Positions 51,966 through 52,492 of a stretch of 52,492 bases of DNA are shown piece by piece. The position numbers and the translations under genes were made by a program. Position 1 is the stretch's first letter; the number at the start of each line of letters is the position of its first letter. The notes below the pieces were generated by a model. It had not been told where the DNA came from and ran no database searches. It saw only the letters and a list, made by a program, of their open reading frames with translations. The DNA comes from Fidelibacterota bacterium (GTDB lineage: Bacteria; Fidelibacterota; Marinisomatia; Marinisomatales; Marinisomataceae), in contig JAYPYG010000005.1 of assembly GCA_038280095.1 (NCBI GenBank), positions 10,346 to 62,837 of the forward strand. The letters are read 5' to 3'.

Positions 51966-51994
51966 AGATTAATGATGTTTTAATAATCTGACAA
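51966..51994 (-). promoter_or_regulatory. Possible sigma70 promoter for dnaB and downstream genes
   Basis: TTGTCA (51994-51989), 17-nt spacer, TAATCT (51971-51966); AT-rich context allows alternatives. Confidence 0.45.
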
Positions 51995-51996
51995 GC

Positions 51997-52017
51997 TAAT
52001 CCTTGATAACAGGATTA
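51997..52017. repeat. Inverted repeat TAATCCT-N7-AGGATTA (operator or weak terminator)
   Basis: Perfect 7-bp arms; overlaps the ung stop and abuts the putative -35. Confidence 0.4.
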
Positions 52018-52492
52018 TTTATTTAATATCCAATTAATAGGCTTAATGCCTTTAGACTTTAAAAATTTATTAGTCTTAGAAAATGGGTTTGATCCAAAAA
52101 ATCCTCTATGAGCTGATAGAGGTGATGGATGAACTGAGGTAATTATATAATGCTTAGATTTGTCAATTACATCTTCAATTGAGTGCGCTTGCTTACCCCA
52201 TAAAATGAAAACTATGTTTTCTAGTTTAGAAGAAACTATTTCAATTGCCTTTTTTGTAAAAATCTCCCATCCCAAGTCCTTATGTGAATTTGCATTATCT
52301 TTCTCTACTGTTAAAACAGTATTTAAAAGCAAAACTCCCTGATTAGCCCATGATTGCAGATTTCCTGAATTAGGAATAGGTATATTTAAATCAGATTCCA
52401 ATTCTTTAAAAATATTCAAAAGAGATGGAGGAATTGTAATACCGTCATTTACGCTAAACGACAAACCGTTTGCCTGACCTTGACCGTGATAT
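52015..52492 (-). CDS. ung: Uracil-DNA glycosylase family 1, 3' part (starts beyond window end)
   Basis: Frame extends to the edge as YHGQGQANGLSFSV; WANQGVLLLN, LWG, HPSPLSAHRGF. Confidence 0.97.
   Translation of the reverse strand, partial: YHGQGQANGLSFSVNDGITIPPSLLNIFKELESDLNIPIPNSGNLQSWANQGVLLLNTVLTVEKDNANSHKDLGWEIFTKKAIEIVSSKLENIVFILWGKQAHSIEDVIDKSKHYIITSVHPSPLSAHRGFFGSNPFSKTNKFLKSKGIKPINWILNK

Noticed and set aside
51919-52014. Replication origin
   Set aside because: Only 96 bp with one clear DnaA box, and no switch in gene orientation.
1-52492. Alternative genetic code (UGA recoding)
   Set aside because: TGA ends genes at the expected positions (secY, rplO, rplK, secE), Trp uses TGG, and tRNA-Trp has anticodon CCA.

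Overview
A 52.5-kb AT-rich piece of core chromosome from a streamlined diderm bacterium. Every real gene is on the minus strand. 1-28827 is the transcription/translation supercluster: tRNA-Thr/Tyr/Gly/Thr, tuf, rpmG, tRNA-Trp, secE, nusG, rplKAJL, rpoBC, rpsLG, fusA, and the S10, spc and alpha blocks to a truncated rpoA. 28895-52492 is an almost gapless run of housekeeping genes: ung (partial), dnaB, rel, ruvX, lnt, truA, an HtrA lipoprotein, a DUF4321-like gene, tatA, gatA, batABCDE, a SPOR protein, yebC, ruvCA, gcvT, ftsK, a lolA-like gene, a gmhB-like gene, ddl and cysS. Gene order and sequence traits point to the FCB superphylum, plausibly Marinimicrobia/SAR406 (inference only). I saw no mobile elements, CRISPR arrays, inteins or defence genes, and no clearly new multi-gene system. 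Best leads: all five Sec/SPI-exported proteins have Gln at +1 (pyroglutamate Q-rule); ddl appears to start at ATT; S4, S14, L33, L36 and the GmhB-like enzyme all lack zinc ligands; a perfect DnaA box overlaps the dnaB RBS at the head of a 24-gene gapless run; and a 23-nt alternating purine-pyrimidine tract and a shared ACGCGTAGG motif sit at the two translation-gene promoters. All calls are by eye, with no database searches.
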